Shown here in pieces: positions 49,837 to 58,607 of a DNA stretch of 64,000 bases (positions within the stretch are counted from its first letter, which is position 1; each line of letters begins with the position of its first letter). The notes beneath the pieces are model-generated. The model had not been told where the DNA came from. It worked only from the letters and a program-made list of their open reading frames with translations, and ran no database searches. The stretch covers positions 5,252 to 69,251 of the forward strand of contig CAZXCI010000004.1 in the NCBI GenBank assembly GCA_964639285.1, given 5' to 3'. The translations under genes and the position numbers were made by a program. The stretch is from an uncultured Candidatus Saccharibacteria bacterium. Lineage in GTDB: Bacteria > Patescibacteriota > Minisyncoccia > Phycocordibacterales > XYD1-FULL-46-19.

Positions 49837-51525
49837 ATGGTTAAGCGTTTTTTGAAGATTTTTAACAGAGAATTTGGCGGCCTACATGAGGCCGCCTTGC
49901 TCTTGGCCTTATCAATGTTTCTTTCTCAGCTTCTGGCGTTGGCTCGCGACCGCTTATTGGCGGGGACTTTTGGAGCCGGCTCAGTTCTTGATGTTTATTA
50001 TAGCGCTTTTCGTCTCCCGGATTTGCTCTATGCAACTATTGCCTCCTTCGTTTCGGTGGCCGTCTTGATACCTTTTTTAGTTGAGCGTTTAGAAAAAGGG
50101 GAGGAGGATTCAGCGCGCAATTTTCTCTCAGCGGTCTTCACTCTCTTCATGCTCATAATGGTTGTCGCTAGTACTGTCGCCTGGGTCTTCATGCCTAGAT
50201 TGGCCCCTTGGTTGGCTCCGGGTTTTGATTTGTCGGCTCAGACTTCAATGATCGAGATGAGTAGAATTCTTCTCTTATCTCCAATTTTGCTTGGCCTGTC
50301 TAACCTTCTTGGCAGTGTAACTCAGGTTTACCGAAGATTTTTTGTTTATTCTCTTAGTCCCATTTTCTATAACTTAGGGATTATCGTTGGGGTTGTCTTT
50401 CTTGTCCCTTTTCTGGGTTCAACTGGTTTGGTTTGGGGGGTGATTTTGGGGGCATTTCTTCATCTGGCTGTTCAATTGCCAGCCCTTAGTTCCGTTGGTT
50501 TTTGGCCTCGCTGGTCTTTGTTGCAAATAAAGATTAATGGCCGACAAATTTATCGGATGATAATGACTTCTTGGCCCAGAACCCTAACTCTTTCTACTAG
50601 CCAATTAGTTATTCTTATTTTTGTCGCGTTGGCCTCCTATTTTGGTCGAGGTTCGATTGCGATTTTTAATTTTGCTTATAACTTGCAATCAGTTCCGCTT
50701 TCTATTGTTGGGATAAGTTATTCAGTTGCGGCTTTTCCCACCTTGTCAAAATATTTTGCCCAGGGACACCTCGATAAGTTTATTGGACAAATAAGTTCGG
50801 CAACTCGACATGTCATTTTCTGGTCTATGCCCGCGATGGTAATGTTTGTTGTTCTTCGGGCCCAGATTATTCGTGTTGTTCTTGGTACGGGCCGTTTTGA
50901 TTGGACAGCAACACGACTCACCGCCGCTTGTCTGGCTCTCTTTGCTTTTTCTGTTTTGGCTCAAAGCTTAATTCTCCTTTTCCTTCGTGGCTATTATGCG
51001 AGCGGACAAACAACGAAGCCTCTTTTGTTAAACTTATTTTCTTCTGCTCTGATGGTTGGAGGGGCGATTGTCCTTAGTTCTTGGTGGCAAGCCGATTCAT
51101 TTTTCCGTCATTTTTGGGAAAATGTTTTACGAGTTGAAGATTTGCCCAATACTTCGGTTCTAGTCTTACCAATAGCTTATTCTCTCGGCACTATTATTAA
51201 TTGTCTCTTACTGGGTGTAGTTTTTGCTTATCAGCATCGTTTCTCGGTCTGGCCAATTATTCGAACTTTCAATGAGACTCTCTGGTCGGCGGTAGCGGGT
51301 GGTTTTGTCGCTCATTATCTCCTTAATATCTTAAGCTCTTTCCTTACTTTAGAATCCTCGGTTGGTATTTTCTTGCAGGGTCTTCTGGCTGGGCTGGGCG
51401 GTTTAGCGGTCAATTTCTTACTCTTGGGGATCCTGGGAAGTGGGGAATTGCGAGAATTGGTTAGTGCAGTGCAACACAAATTCTGGCAAGGCGAAACTAT
51501 TATCCCAGAGCAGTCTGAGCTATAA
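49837..51525 (+). CDS. murJ: Lipid II flippase MurJ/MviN
   Basis: LARDRLLA..FG...DVYYSAFRLPD, PIFYNLG, AAFPTLS. Confidence 0.9.
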   Translation: MVKRFLKIFNREFGGLHEAALLLALSMFLSQLLALARDRLLAGTFGAGSVLDVYYSAFRLPDLLYATIASFVSVAVLIPFLVERLEKGEEDSARNFLSAVFTLFMLIMVVASTVAWVFMPRLAPWLAPGFDLSAQTSMIEMSRILLLSPILLGLSNLLGSVTQVYRRFFVYSLSPIFYNLGIIVGVVFLVPFLGSTGLVWGVILGAFLHLAVQLPALSSVGFWPRWSLLQIKINGRQIYRMIMTSWPRTLTLSTSQLVILIFVALASYFGRGSIAIFNFAYNLQSVPLSIVGISYSVAAFPTLSKYFAQGHLDKFIGQISSATRHVIFWSMPAMVMFVVLRAQIIRVVLGTGRFDWTATRLTAACLALFAFSVLAQSLILLFLRGYYASGQTTKPLLLNLFSSALMVGGAIVLSSWWQADSFFRHFWENVLRVEDLPNTSVLVLPIAYSLGTIINCLLLGVVFAYQHRFSVWPIIRTFNETLWSAVAGGFVAHYLLNILSSFLTLESSVGIFLQGLLAGLGGLAVNFLLLGILGSGELRELVSAVQHKFWQGETIIPEQSEL

Positions 51526-51566
51526 TTAGGTTGGTCGCCAGTTATTAGGTAATTATTTTAATAAAT

Positions 51567-52214
51567 ATGGAACAGGTAAACTTGGCTCAACCAGAAAAAA
51601 GAAGTCTTCGTGATAAATTAGAGAGAGCTCTTCGTTTGTCTGTTGTTCCGCTAGTTCTCTTGGCCGCTGGTTGTGGAAGGGATGTAACTTCATCTTCTTT
51701 GGATACTGTTTCCGAAAAACCAAAGATCGGTCTTTCGGAAAAAGAAATGGGGCAGGAAAAATCTGATTCAGAAATATTACTTGAATGTCTTATCAGAGTA
51801 TCGGGCGATTCGCAAAGTGTTGATACTTTAGACAATGGAGATTGGGCGATTTTGATAGGAGACGAGGTCTTTCGTCTCGATGATGAAGCAAAAGAGAAAA
51901 TCTTGTCTACTGCGAAAGAGTATCGCTCAGATAATGATTTGGATTTTAACTTTGAGAAGATTGATATTAAAATTCAGAACTCTAAAGTCAGGAAGGAAAT
52001 TATGGAACTTTGCCCTAAACTGAGTTCTGATGAACTAACCCCTGGGCTTCGGGAAATAATAAAGGTTAGAGAAGAGCTCCGCCAGCTCACTCGGCCTAAA
52101 TCTCAGGGTGGTATCTATGAGACAAAAGATGGGGAGCATTTTCTCCAAGAAGAAGGGGGTGATCATATTCATGCTGAGATTAAGACTAATCCAGACGCTA
52201 AAGACTTTTTGTAA
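51567..52214 (+). CDS. Hypothetical lipoprotein-like protein
   Basis: LVLLAAGC lipobox-like segment. Confidence 0.55.
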   Translation: MEQVNLAQPEKRSLRDKLERALRLSVVPLVLLAAGCGRDVTSSSLDTVSEKPKIGLSEKEMGQEKSDSEILLECLIRVSGDSQSVDTLDNGDWAILIGDEVFRLDDEAKEKILSTAKEYRSDNDLDFNFEKIDIKIQNSKVRKEIMELCPKLSSDELTPGLREIIKVREELRQLTRPKSQGGIYETKDGEHFLQEEGGDHIHAEIKTNPDAKDFL

Positions 52215-52219
52215 AGATT

Positions 52220-52534
52220 ATGGATCAGGCAATTGATGAAAATTTAAAAGCAGAAATCATCAGTGACTTAGGAATTAAGGAGCTGACTTCTTTTGAACAA
52301 GAAGCGATTATTGCTGAGCTCGAAGAGAAAATTATTGAACAAGTAAATTCGATTATTCTCGATCGTCTTACACAAGAAGAGAAAGAGGAATTAGAAAATT
52401 TAAGTGAAGATGAGGAGATCACTCTTTTCCTACAGAAAACGATCTCCGATCTCGATCAGGTCAAACAAGAGGCGGCTCTCTGGGTGGTCAAAAATTGGCG
52501 CCAAGAATTTGCTAAAAAGGCCCAAGAAATGTAA
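52220..52534 (+). CDS. Acidic helical hypothetical protein (DUF5663-like)
   Basis: IISDLGI..L...EQ...I...ILDRLT.EEKEE. Confidence 0.7.
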   Translation: MDQAIDENLKAEIISDLGIKELTSFEQEAIIAELEEKIIEQVNSIILDRLTQEEKEELENLSEDEEITLFLQKTISDLDQVKQEAALWVVKNWRQEFAKKAQEM

Positions 52535-52546
52535 GATTTGTTTTCT

Positions 52547-54334
52547 ATGGACCTAAAACATATCCGAAACTTTAGTATTATTGCCCACATTGATCACGGG
52601 AAGTCGACTCTGGCTGACCGTCTTTTAGAGATTACTGGAACAGTAGTCAAGCGCCAGATGAAAGAACAATTCCTCGATATGATGGAACTTGAGCGTGAAC
52701 GGGGGATTACAATCAAAATGCAGCCGGTGCGAATGACTTGGCAAGGTTATGAGATGAATTTGATTGATACACCTGGTCATATTGATTTCTCTTATGAGGT
52801 CTCACGAGCACTAAAGGCGGTGGAAGGAGTCTTGCTTTTGGTTGACGCTACCCAGGGAGTTCAGGCTCAAACCTTTACGGTCTTAGCGATGGCCCGGGAA
52901 TTGGGCCTTACCATTATCCCAGTTTTGAATAAAATTGACTTGCCCATGGCTCGAGTCGAAGAGGCAAAATTAGAAATTATTAAATTACTTAATTGTGAGG
53001 CAGATGACATTTTGGCAGTTTCTGGTAAAACTGGTGAGGGAGCAGAGCAACTCCTCGATGAAATAATAAGAAAGATTCCTCCGCCAATCTCTGAATATCC
53101 TGAGACCGATAGTCTTCGTTCTCTTGTTTTTGATTTTGAGTACTCAACACACAAAGGGATTATTGTTTATGTTCGAGTTCTTGACGGTCTGGTAAAAAAG
53201 GGTGACCAATTAGTTTTTAGTGCTGCTCGGGAAAAATTCACAGTTCAAGAAATCGGTATCTTTAGCCCAAACAAAGAGCCTACTAGCAAATTGTCGGCTG
53301 GCGAAATTGGTTATATTGTCACGGGGATAAAAGAAAGAGGGCAGGCCCGTGTTGGCGAGACAATTACTAAGAATATTCATTCCCTACCGGCGATTGCGGG
53401 CTATATGTTGCCACGGTCGGTGGTTTGGGCTTCTGTCTATCCTGAGAGCCAGGATGATTTTCCTCTTCTTAAGCAATCACTTGAACGTCTTAATCTTCAA
53501 GATGCGGCATTGTCTTTTGAGGAAGAATATTCTGGAGCTCTCGGTCGAGGCTTTCGTTGTGGTTTCTTAGGCATGCTTCACTTGGAGATCATCACTGAGC
53601 GTTTGCGGCGAGAATTTAATCTCGAACTTGTTGTCACTACCCCTACGATCAGTTACGAAATTATTGACAAGAAAACCGGGAAATCAGAGATTGCCTATTC
53701 CCCTCATCTTTTTCCTAAAGAGATTAAAGATAAATTGATAAAGGAGCCCTGGATCAAAGTCAAAATCATTACTCCTCAAATTTACATGGGTCCGATCATG
53801 ACTCTACTCTATGATCATGAGGCGACGATTTTGGAGACTCAGAACTTTGGTGATGATCGGATGGCTTTCGACCTTGATATGCCCTTACGGGAGTTAATGC
53901 GCAATTTTTTTGACGAAGTGAAGAGCGTTTCTTCAGGCTTTGCTTCGCTCTCATATGAAATTGGTGATAAAAAAGAAGCTGATGTTGTGCGTCTTGATGT
54001 CTTATTAAACGAGGAATTGATGGCTGCTTTTTCTCGTATTGTTCCGCGGCGTCGAGCTGAGAAGGAGGCGGAAGAGATGGCCGATAAGTTAAAAGAATTT
54101 TTACCTCGTCAGATGATTATTATCAAAATTCAGGTTGAGGGAATGGGGCGAATTATTGCTTCTCGTTCAATCTCAGCTATGAAAAAGGATGTTACAGGTT
54201 ATCTTTATGGCGGAGATATTACGAGGAAGATGAAATTACGAGAGAAACAAAAGAAGGGAAAGAAGAAAATGCAGTCGCATGGCACAGTAAATGTCCCACA
54301 TGAAGTTTTCCTCAAGATGATGAAGTCTAATTGA
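52547..54334 (+). CDS. lepA: Elongation factor 4
   Basis: IRNFSIIAHIDHGKSTLADR, GFRCGFLGMLH, YGGDITRK. Confidence 0.97.
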   Translation: MDLKHIRNFSIIAHIDHGKSTLADRLLEITGTVVKRQMKEQFLDMMELERERGITIKMQPVRMTWQGYEMNLIDTPGHIDFSYEVSRALKAVEGVLLLVDATQGVQAQTFTVLAMARELGLTIIPVLNKIDLPMARVEEAKLEIIKLLNCEADDILAVSGKTGEGAEQLLDEIIRKIPPPISEYPETDSLRSLVFDFEYSTHKGIIVYVRVLDGLVKKGDQLVFSAAREKFTVQEIGIFSPNKEPTSKLSAGEIGYIVTGIKERGQARVGETITKNIHSLPAIAGYMLPRSVVWASVYPESQDDFPLLKQSLERLNLQDAALSFEEEYSGALGRGFRCGFLGMLHLEIITERLRREFNLELVVTTPTISYEIIDKKTGKSEIAYSPHLFPKEIKDKLIKEPWIKVKIITPQIYMGPIMTLLYDHEATILETQNFGDDRMAFDLDMPLRELMRNFFDEVKSVSSGFASLSYEIGDKKEADVVRLDVLLNEELMAAFSRIVPRRRAEKEAEEMADKLKEFLPRQMIIIKIQVEGMGRIIASRSISAMKKDVTGYLYGGDITRKMKLREKQKKGKKKMQSHGTVNVPHEVFLKMMKSN

Positions 54335-54340
54335 GGGTTA

Positions 54341-54451
54341 TTATCGCCAGAAGGCTGGCAAGTAGAGCAAAAGCATGCTCAGAATCACCAAAACGCCGAC
54401 GACGGAGGAAATTATCCTAAGATATTTTCTTTGTTTCTTACCGTAAAACAT
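54341..54451 (-). CDS. Small single-TM protein, 36 aa (not in the ORF track)
   Basis: MFYGKKQRKYLRIISSVVGVLVILSMLLLYLPAFWR*; basic N-terminus plus TM; fills the lepA-divIC gap. Confidence 0.6.
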   Translation of the reverse strand: MFYGKKQRKYLRIISSVVGVLVILSMLLLYLPAFWR

Positions 54452-54488
54452 AATATAATTCACTCAGTAGTATATTATTTTTCTGATC

Positions 54489-54845
54489 ATGATACAAGGG
54501 AAAAAAGTAAACAAAAAAAACTGGTCCGAGATTCTAACTCTGTTGGGGTTAATCATCATTTTGTTGTTCGTCCTTCGAGCAACTTGGGGTTTGTATCGCA
54601 AGAGTCAGATGGCGAGGGAAAATCTGCAAGCTTCAGCCGAGAGGGTGGCCAAGTTAGAGGAACGGCAGGTTATTCTGCGGGAGAAAATTGAGAGACTGAA
54701 GACTCCTCGAGGAATAGAAGAGGAAATCCGTAATAATTACCCAGTAGTTAAAGAGGGAGAACAAGTTATCAATATTGTCGAGACCGAGGCTCAGCTTGGA
54801 ACGACAACGGCTCCTGTTGAGAAGCATTGGTGGCAAATATTTTAA
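54489..54845 (+). CDS. Septum formation initiator (FtsB/DivIC family)
   Basis: TM, coiled coil, GIEEEIR...VKEGEQVI. Confidence 0.8.
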   Translation: MIQGKKVNKKNWSEILTLLGLIIILLFVLRATWGLYRKSQMARENLQASAERVAKLEERQVILREKIERLKTPRGIEEEIRNNYPVVKEGEQVINIVETEAQLGTTTAPVEKHWWQIF

Positions 54846-54867
54846 TTTTAGGTAGAATATAAGGCAA

Positions 54868-54938
54868 GCGGAATTGGTTCAGTGGTAGAACATGTGCTTC
54901 CCAAGCATAAGACGCGGGTCCGATTCCCGCATTCCGCA
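54868..54938 (+). tRNA. tRNA-Gly(CCC)
   Basis: GCGGAAT/ATTCCGC acceptor stem; anticodon loop TTCCCAA. Confidence 0.92.
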
Positions 54939-54943
54939 CCCCT

Positions 54944-55237
54944 ATGACTCAAAATTTTAAACGTCGGATTGAGAACTTTGTTTGTGAGAATTGTGGCGAA
55001 AAGGTGGCGGGCAACGGCTTCACTAACCATTGTCCGTGCTGTCTCTTTAGCAAACATGTTGATATTATGCCTGGTGATCGGGCGGAGGAGTGCGGGGGCC
55101 TAATGGAGCCGATTGGGCTTGAGTTGGAGAAGGGAAAATATGTCATTACTCAAAAATGTCTCAAATGTGGTCGAATTTGGCGCAATGAGTCTCGACCCGA
55201 GGATGACATTAGCCAATTTTTGACAAGTTTGTTATAA
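54944..55237 (+). CDS. RNHCP domain protein
   Basis: F.CENCG...TNHCPCCLFSKHVD..PGDR...CGGLM. Confidence 0.9.
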   Translation: MTQNFKRRIENFVCENCGEKVAGNGFTNHCPCCLFSKHVDIMPGDRAEECGGLMEPIGLELEKGKYVITQKCLKCGRIWRNESRPEDDISQFLTSLL

Positions 55238-55246
55238 TAGAAATCT

Positions 55247-55480
55247 ATGAAAAAAGTAGAAATTTACACTTCGCCAACTTGCCATTATTGTCATATGGCT
55301 AAGGATTTCTTTACTAGGAATTCTATTGCCTATGAGGAGTTTGATGTTATGGCCGATATTAATAAACGTCAGGAGATGATCGAGAAGAGTGGTCAGATGG
55401 GGGTGCCGGTTATTGTCATTGACGATCAGGTTATGGTCGGTTTTGATGAAGGGCATCTCAAGTCTGTTTTGGGCCTCTAG
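55247..55480 (+). CDS. Glutaredoxin-like protein (NrdH/YruB-type)
   Basis: CHYC, SGQMGVPVI, VGFD. Confidence 0.92.
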   Translation: MKKVEIYTSPTCHYCHMAKDFFTRNSIAYEEFDVMADINKRQEMIEKSGQMGVPVIVIDDQVMVGFDEGHLKSVLGL

Positions 55481-55547
55481 TTTGCTTCTGGGCGCTAATA
55501 TGTCAAAATAAGGGTGGCCAAACCGGCTACCCTTTAACGTTTTTATT

Positions 55548-55619
55548 GCCCCCGTAGTTCAATGGATAGAACAGCCCCGTCCTAAGGGGTAGATGTCAGT
55601 TCGATTCTGGCTGGGGGCA
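55548..55619 (+). tRNA. tRNA-Arg(CCT)
   Basis: Cloverleaf; anticodon loop GTCCTAA. Confidence 0.9.
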
Positions 55620-55620
55620 C

Positions 55621-56886
55621 ATGGTAAAAGACTTATTTGAGCAGAATATTGGCTACAAGGGGGCGCCACTGGCTGATAGGTTAAGACCGGGGGAATTGGC
55701 TGATTTTGTCGGCCAAGATGAGGTGATTAGTGAGGGGAAACTTCTCCGTCAATTGATTGAGAAGGATGAGGTGCCCTCTCTTGTCCTCTGGGGGCCACCA
55801 GGTTGCGGTAAGACCACGCTGGCCCGAATTATTGCTCAAATTACCGGGGCCGAGTTTATAGCTCTGCCAGCGGTCACTTCTGGCGTGGCTGAATTACGTG
55901 CCGTGATTAAGAAGGCTCAGGACAGAAGGAAATTTAATAATAAAAAGACAATTCTTTTTATTGATGAAGTTCACCGTTGGAATAAGGCTCAGCAAGATGC
56001 CCTTCTCCCTCACGTTGAGACTGGAACGGTGACCTTAATTGGCGCGACAACAGAAAATCCGAGCTTCGAAGTTAATTCGGCCCTCTTGTCTCGTTGCCGT
56101 GTCTTTGTCTTTGGCCAATTAGATGAGTCGGCAATTTTGAAGATTTTAAACAGAGCTCTAAAAGATAAGGAGAGAGGTTTGGGTTTGTTGAAAATTAAAG
56201 TTGACAAAAAGACTTTAGAATTTTTGGCTAAGGCCTCAGACGGTGACGCGCGGAATGCTCTCAATGCCCTTGAGCTGGCCTCAAAGATCGCTAAACCAAA
56301 CAAAGGGGGTCAATTAGAGATTGATAAGAATTTAGCAAAAGAGTCATTGCAAAAATCTCATCTGCTTTATGATAAAAAAGGGGATGAGCATTATAATATT
56401 ATCTCTGCTTTGCACAAATCGCTACGGGGGAGCAATGCTGATGCCGCTCTTTATTGGCTGGCTAGGATGATTGAAGGTGGAGAGGATCCACTTTATGTGG
56501 CTCGCCGTTTGGTGCGCTTTGCTAGTGAAGATGTTGGTTTGGCTAATTCGCAAGCGCTCACGCAAGCGGTGGCCGGCTATCAGGCTTGCCACTTTATTGG
56601 GCTACCGGAGTGCAATGTGATCTTGGCTCAAGTTGTTGTCTATCTTGCTAAATGTAAAAAAAGTAATGAACTCTATGAAGCTTATCTCGCTGTTCAAAAA
56701 GATGTGAAAGAGACAATGAATGAGCCGGTCCCTATCCATCTTCGAAATTCTCCGACCAAATTAATGAAAGATCTTGGCTTTGGTAAGGATTACAAATACA
56801 GTCCGGACTTCAATTATGAAGAAATCCAGGACTATTTACCGAAGAAGTTAAAGGGTAAAAAATATTTGAAAAACGGGCCCGAATAA
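55621..56886 (+). CDS. rarA: Replication-associated recombination protein A
   Basis: PLADRLRP, WGPPGCGKTT, IDEVHRWNKAQQD, ISALHKSLRGS. Confidence 0.95.
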   Translation: MVKDLFEQNIGYKGAPLADRLRPGELADFVGQDEVISEGKLLRQLIEKDEVPSLVLWGPPGCGKTTLARIIAQITGAEFIALPAVTSGVAELRAVIKKAQDRRKFNNKKTILFIDEVHRWNKAQQDALLPHVETGTVTLIGATTENPSFEVNSALLSRCRVFVFGQLDESAILKILNRALKDKERGLGLLKIKVDKKTLEFLAKASDGDARNALNALELASKIAKPNKGGQLEIDKNLAKESLQKSHLLYDKKGDEHYNIISALHKSLRGSNADAALYWLARMIEGGEDPLYVARRLVRFASEDVGLANSQALTQAVAGYQACHFIGLPECNVILAQVVVYLAKCKKSNELYEAYLAVQKDVKETMNEPVPIHLRNSPTKLMKDLGFGKDYKYSPDFNYEEIQDYLPKKLKGKKYLKNGPE

Positions 56887-56903
56887 CCTATAATCTAAGT
56901 ATT

Positions 56904-56979
56904 GCCCAGGTAGCTCAGTTGGTAGAGCATTTCCCTGAAGAGGAAGGGGTCGCCAGTTCGAGCCTGGCCCTGGGCACCA
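56904..56979 (+). tRNA. tRNA-Phe(GAA)
   Basis: Cloverleaf with encoded CCA; anticodon loop CTGAAGA. Confidence 0.93.
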
Positions 56980-57028
56980 GAAAAGAAAAAAACCTCGCCA
57001 AGTCTGGCGGGTTTTTTTTCTTATGTTT

Positions 57029-57283
57029 TTATTGTCCTGGTAAGACACTAATACTTGTATCGCTTAGGGTGCCAAGGAGTTCAGAATAGGTGCTAAAAAG
57101 GTCCTCAATTAGGGGCTGAATATAGTATAAGGCTCCAAGAGTTGTCCCGATGACAATAATCCATTTGATTATATTAAGCCAACGGGCCCATTTCTGGTAC
57201 CAGACAAGCTTATTGAGAAGCTTGTTATTTTCTTTGTTAACTTCTAAATCTTCTTTGATTAATTTTTTTGTCTCTTCGTCCAT
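57029..57283 (-). CDS. Small membrane hypothetical protein
   Basis: ENNKLL.KL...W.IVIG...YYIQP pattern. Confidence 0.7.
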   Translation of the reverse strand: MDEETKKLIKEDLEVNKENNKLLNKLVWYQKWARWLNIIKWIIVIGTTLGALYYIQPLIEDLFSTYSELLGTLSDTSISVLPGQ

Positions 57284-57289
57284 GCTGTC

Positions 57290-57787
57290 TTATAGTGATC
57301 GAACCTTGATCTTTTGTGTTCGTTCCTTATCAATCTTTGGCATGCGGAGAGTCAGGAGACCATTTTTTTCATAAGCTTCAGATTCTGATGGTTCGACTTC
57401 GCAAGGAAGAAGAATCTTCCGCGAGAAGGAGCCCCAATAAAGTTCTTTCATAAAATAACCATCACCTTCAACCTCGCTGGCTTTATGACGACGGCCTTCA
57501 ATATTGACCATTTCTCGGGTGATAGAGACATTAAGGTCTTCAGATTTCACTCCGGCGATCATGGCTTGAATGACGATGTCGCTGTCTGTTTGATAAACGT
57601 CTACCGAAAGTTCCCCCACTTCTTCAACAGCCGGCTCCTCTTCATCTAACCAGCCGTTCTTACCATTGACTTTAATTTTAGGAGAAAAGGCTTTTTCTAG
57701 GGGGCGAGTTTCAATCTCCTCCTCATCATTTACCGAAATACTGCCAGTAATTCTCTCAAAGAATGAACGCTTATCTTTGTTGAACAT
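57290..57787 (-). CDS. Hsp20 family protein
   Basis: GELSVDVYQT...ELYWGSFSR.I.LP...NGLLTLRMPK. Confidence 0.9.
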   Translation of the reverse strand: MFNKDKRSFFERITGSISVNDEEEIETRPLEKAFSPKIKVNGKNGWLDEEEPAVEEVGELSVDVYQTDSDIVIQAMIAGVKSEDLNVSITREMVNIEGRRHKASEVEGDGYFMKELYWGSFSRKILLPCEVEPSESEAYEKNGLLTLRMPKIDKERTQKIKVRSL

Positions 57788-57791
57788 ATTT

Positions 57792-58583
57792 TTAATTCGT
57801 TATGGACTTAGTAATAATTCTGGCCCGAGCCAGCTTTTTAACAATTTCAAAAAGGAAGACAACAAACATTGCAAATATCCAAAGAACGAGGAGAACACAA
57901 AAAACATTACCCCCTTCATTCACAATTATAAAGAAGTTGAAGAGGGTGTGCAAGATGGTGGCGACCAGTAAACCGAGAAAACCACTTAAGAATTTTATTT
58001 TTTTTGAGCGATAGAAACTAAAGCTTAAGAATGCCCCCATGGTGGCGGAGGTAACGGTGTGGAGGAGGGTCGCTCCTAAGAAGCGAAGGTTGCCAGTGAG
58101 GAGAAAGGAGTCCAAGGCAAAGTTGTCAGTATGCAAAACATTGAGAAGGAAAAGGAAGTTTTCAACCGCGGCAAAACCGAGGGCGGCGGTAATCATATAA
58201 ATCATGGCGTCGACCGGCTCATCAAAGTTTTTGTTCTTAAGGGCGGCAACGTGGGCGGCGGCATATTTTACAAATTCTTCGATCAGAGACCAGGCGATAA
58301 GGGGCCAACTAACAAAGAAGATTAAAGTCCAAGAAAAATTTTTTTGCCAGACGTCGAGGATTTGATCAACAAGGTTACTGTCTGGGGCGACCAACTTCTC
58401 AAGTAAAAAGGCGGCGAGAATGAAGAAACCCCCGATAATGAATGTTTTCATTATCAGACGTGCCGGTTCTGGCTTCTTTTTGTCCTCATGAAGCCAAAAC
58501 CACAGCCAAAAAATTGTTGGCAAAAAACCACCCAAAATTGCGAGTAATAAAAATAAACTTATCTGGCTAGCGCCACCAGTCAT
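57792..58583 (-). CDS. prsW: PrsW family intramembrane protease
   Basis: IEEFVK, GFAAVEN, LH...LHTLFN. Confidence 0.9.
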   Translation of the reverse strand: MTGGASQISLFLLLAILGGFLPTIFWLWFWLHEDKKKPEPARLIMKTFIIGGFFILAAFLLEKLVAPDSNLVDQILDVWQKNFSWTLIFFVSWPLIAWSLIEEFVKYAAAHVAALKNKNFDEPVDAMIYMITAALGFAAVENFLFLLNVLHTDNFALDSFLLTGNLRFLGATLLHTVTSATMGAFLSFSFYRSKKIKFLSGFLGLLVATILHTLFNFFIIVNEGGNVFCVLLVLWIFAMFVVFLFEIVKKLARARIITKSITN

Positions 58584-58607
58584 GCTTCCTAGATTATAGC
58601 ATGAAGA

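Noticed and set aside
54914-54930. Non-canonical T-loop (TCCGATT) in tRNA-Gly
   Set aside because: Stems are intact; a single substitution is not enough to call a pseudo-tRNA.
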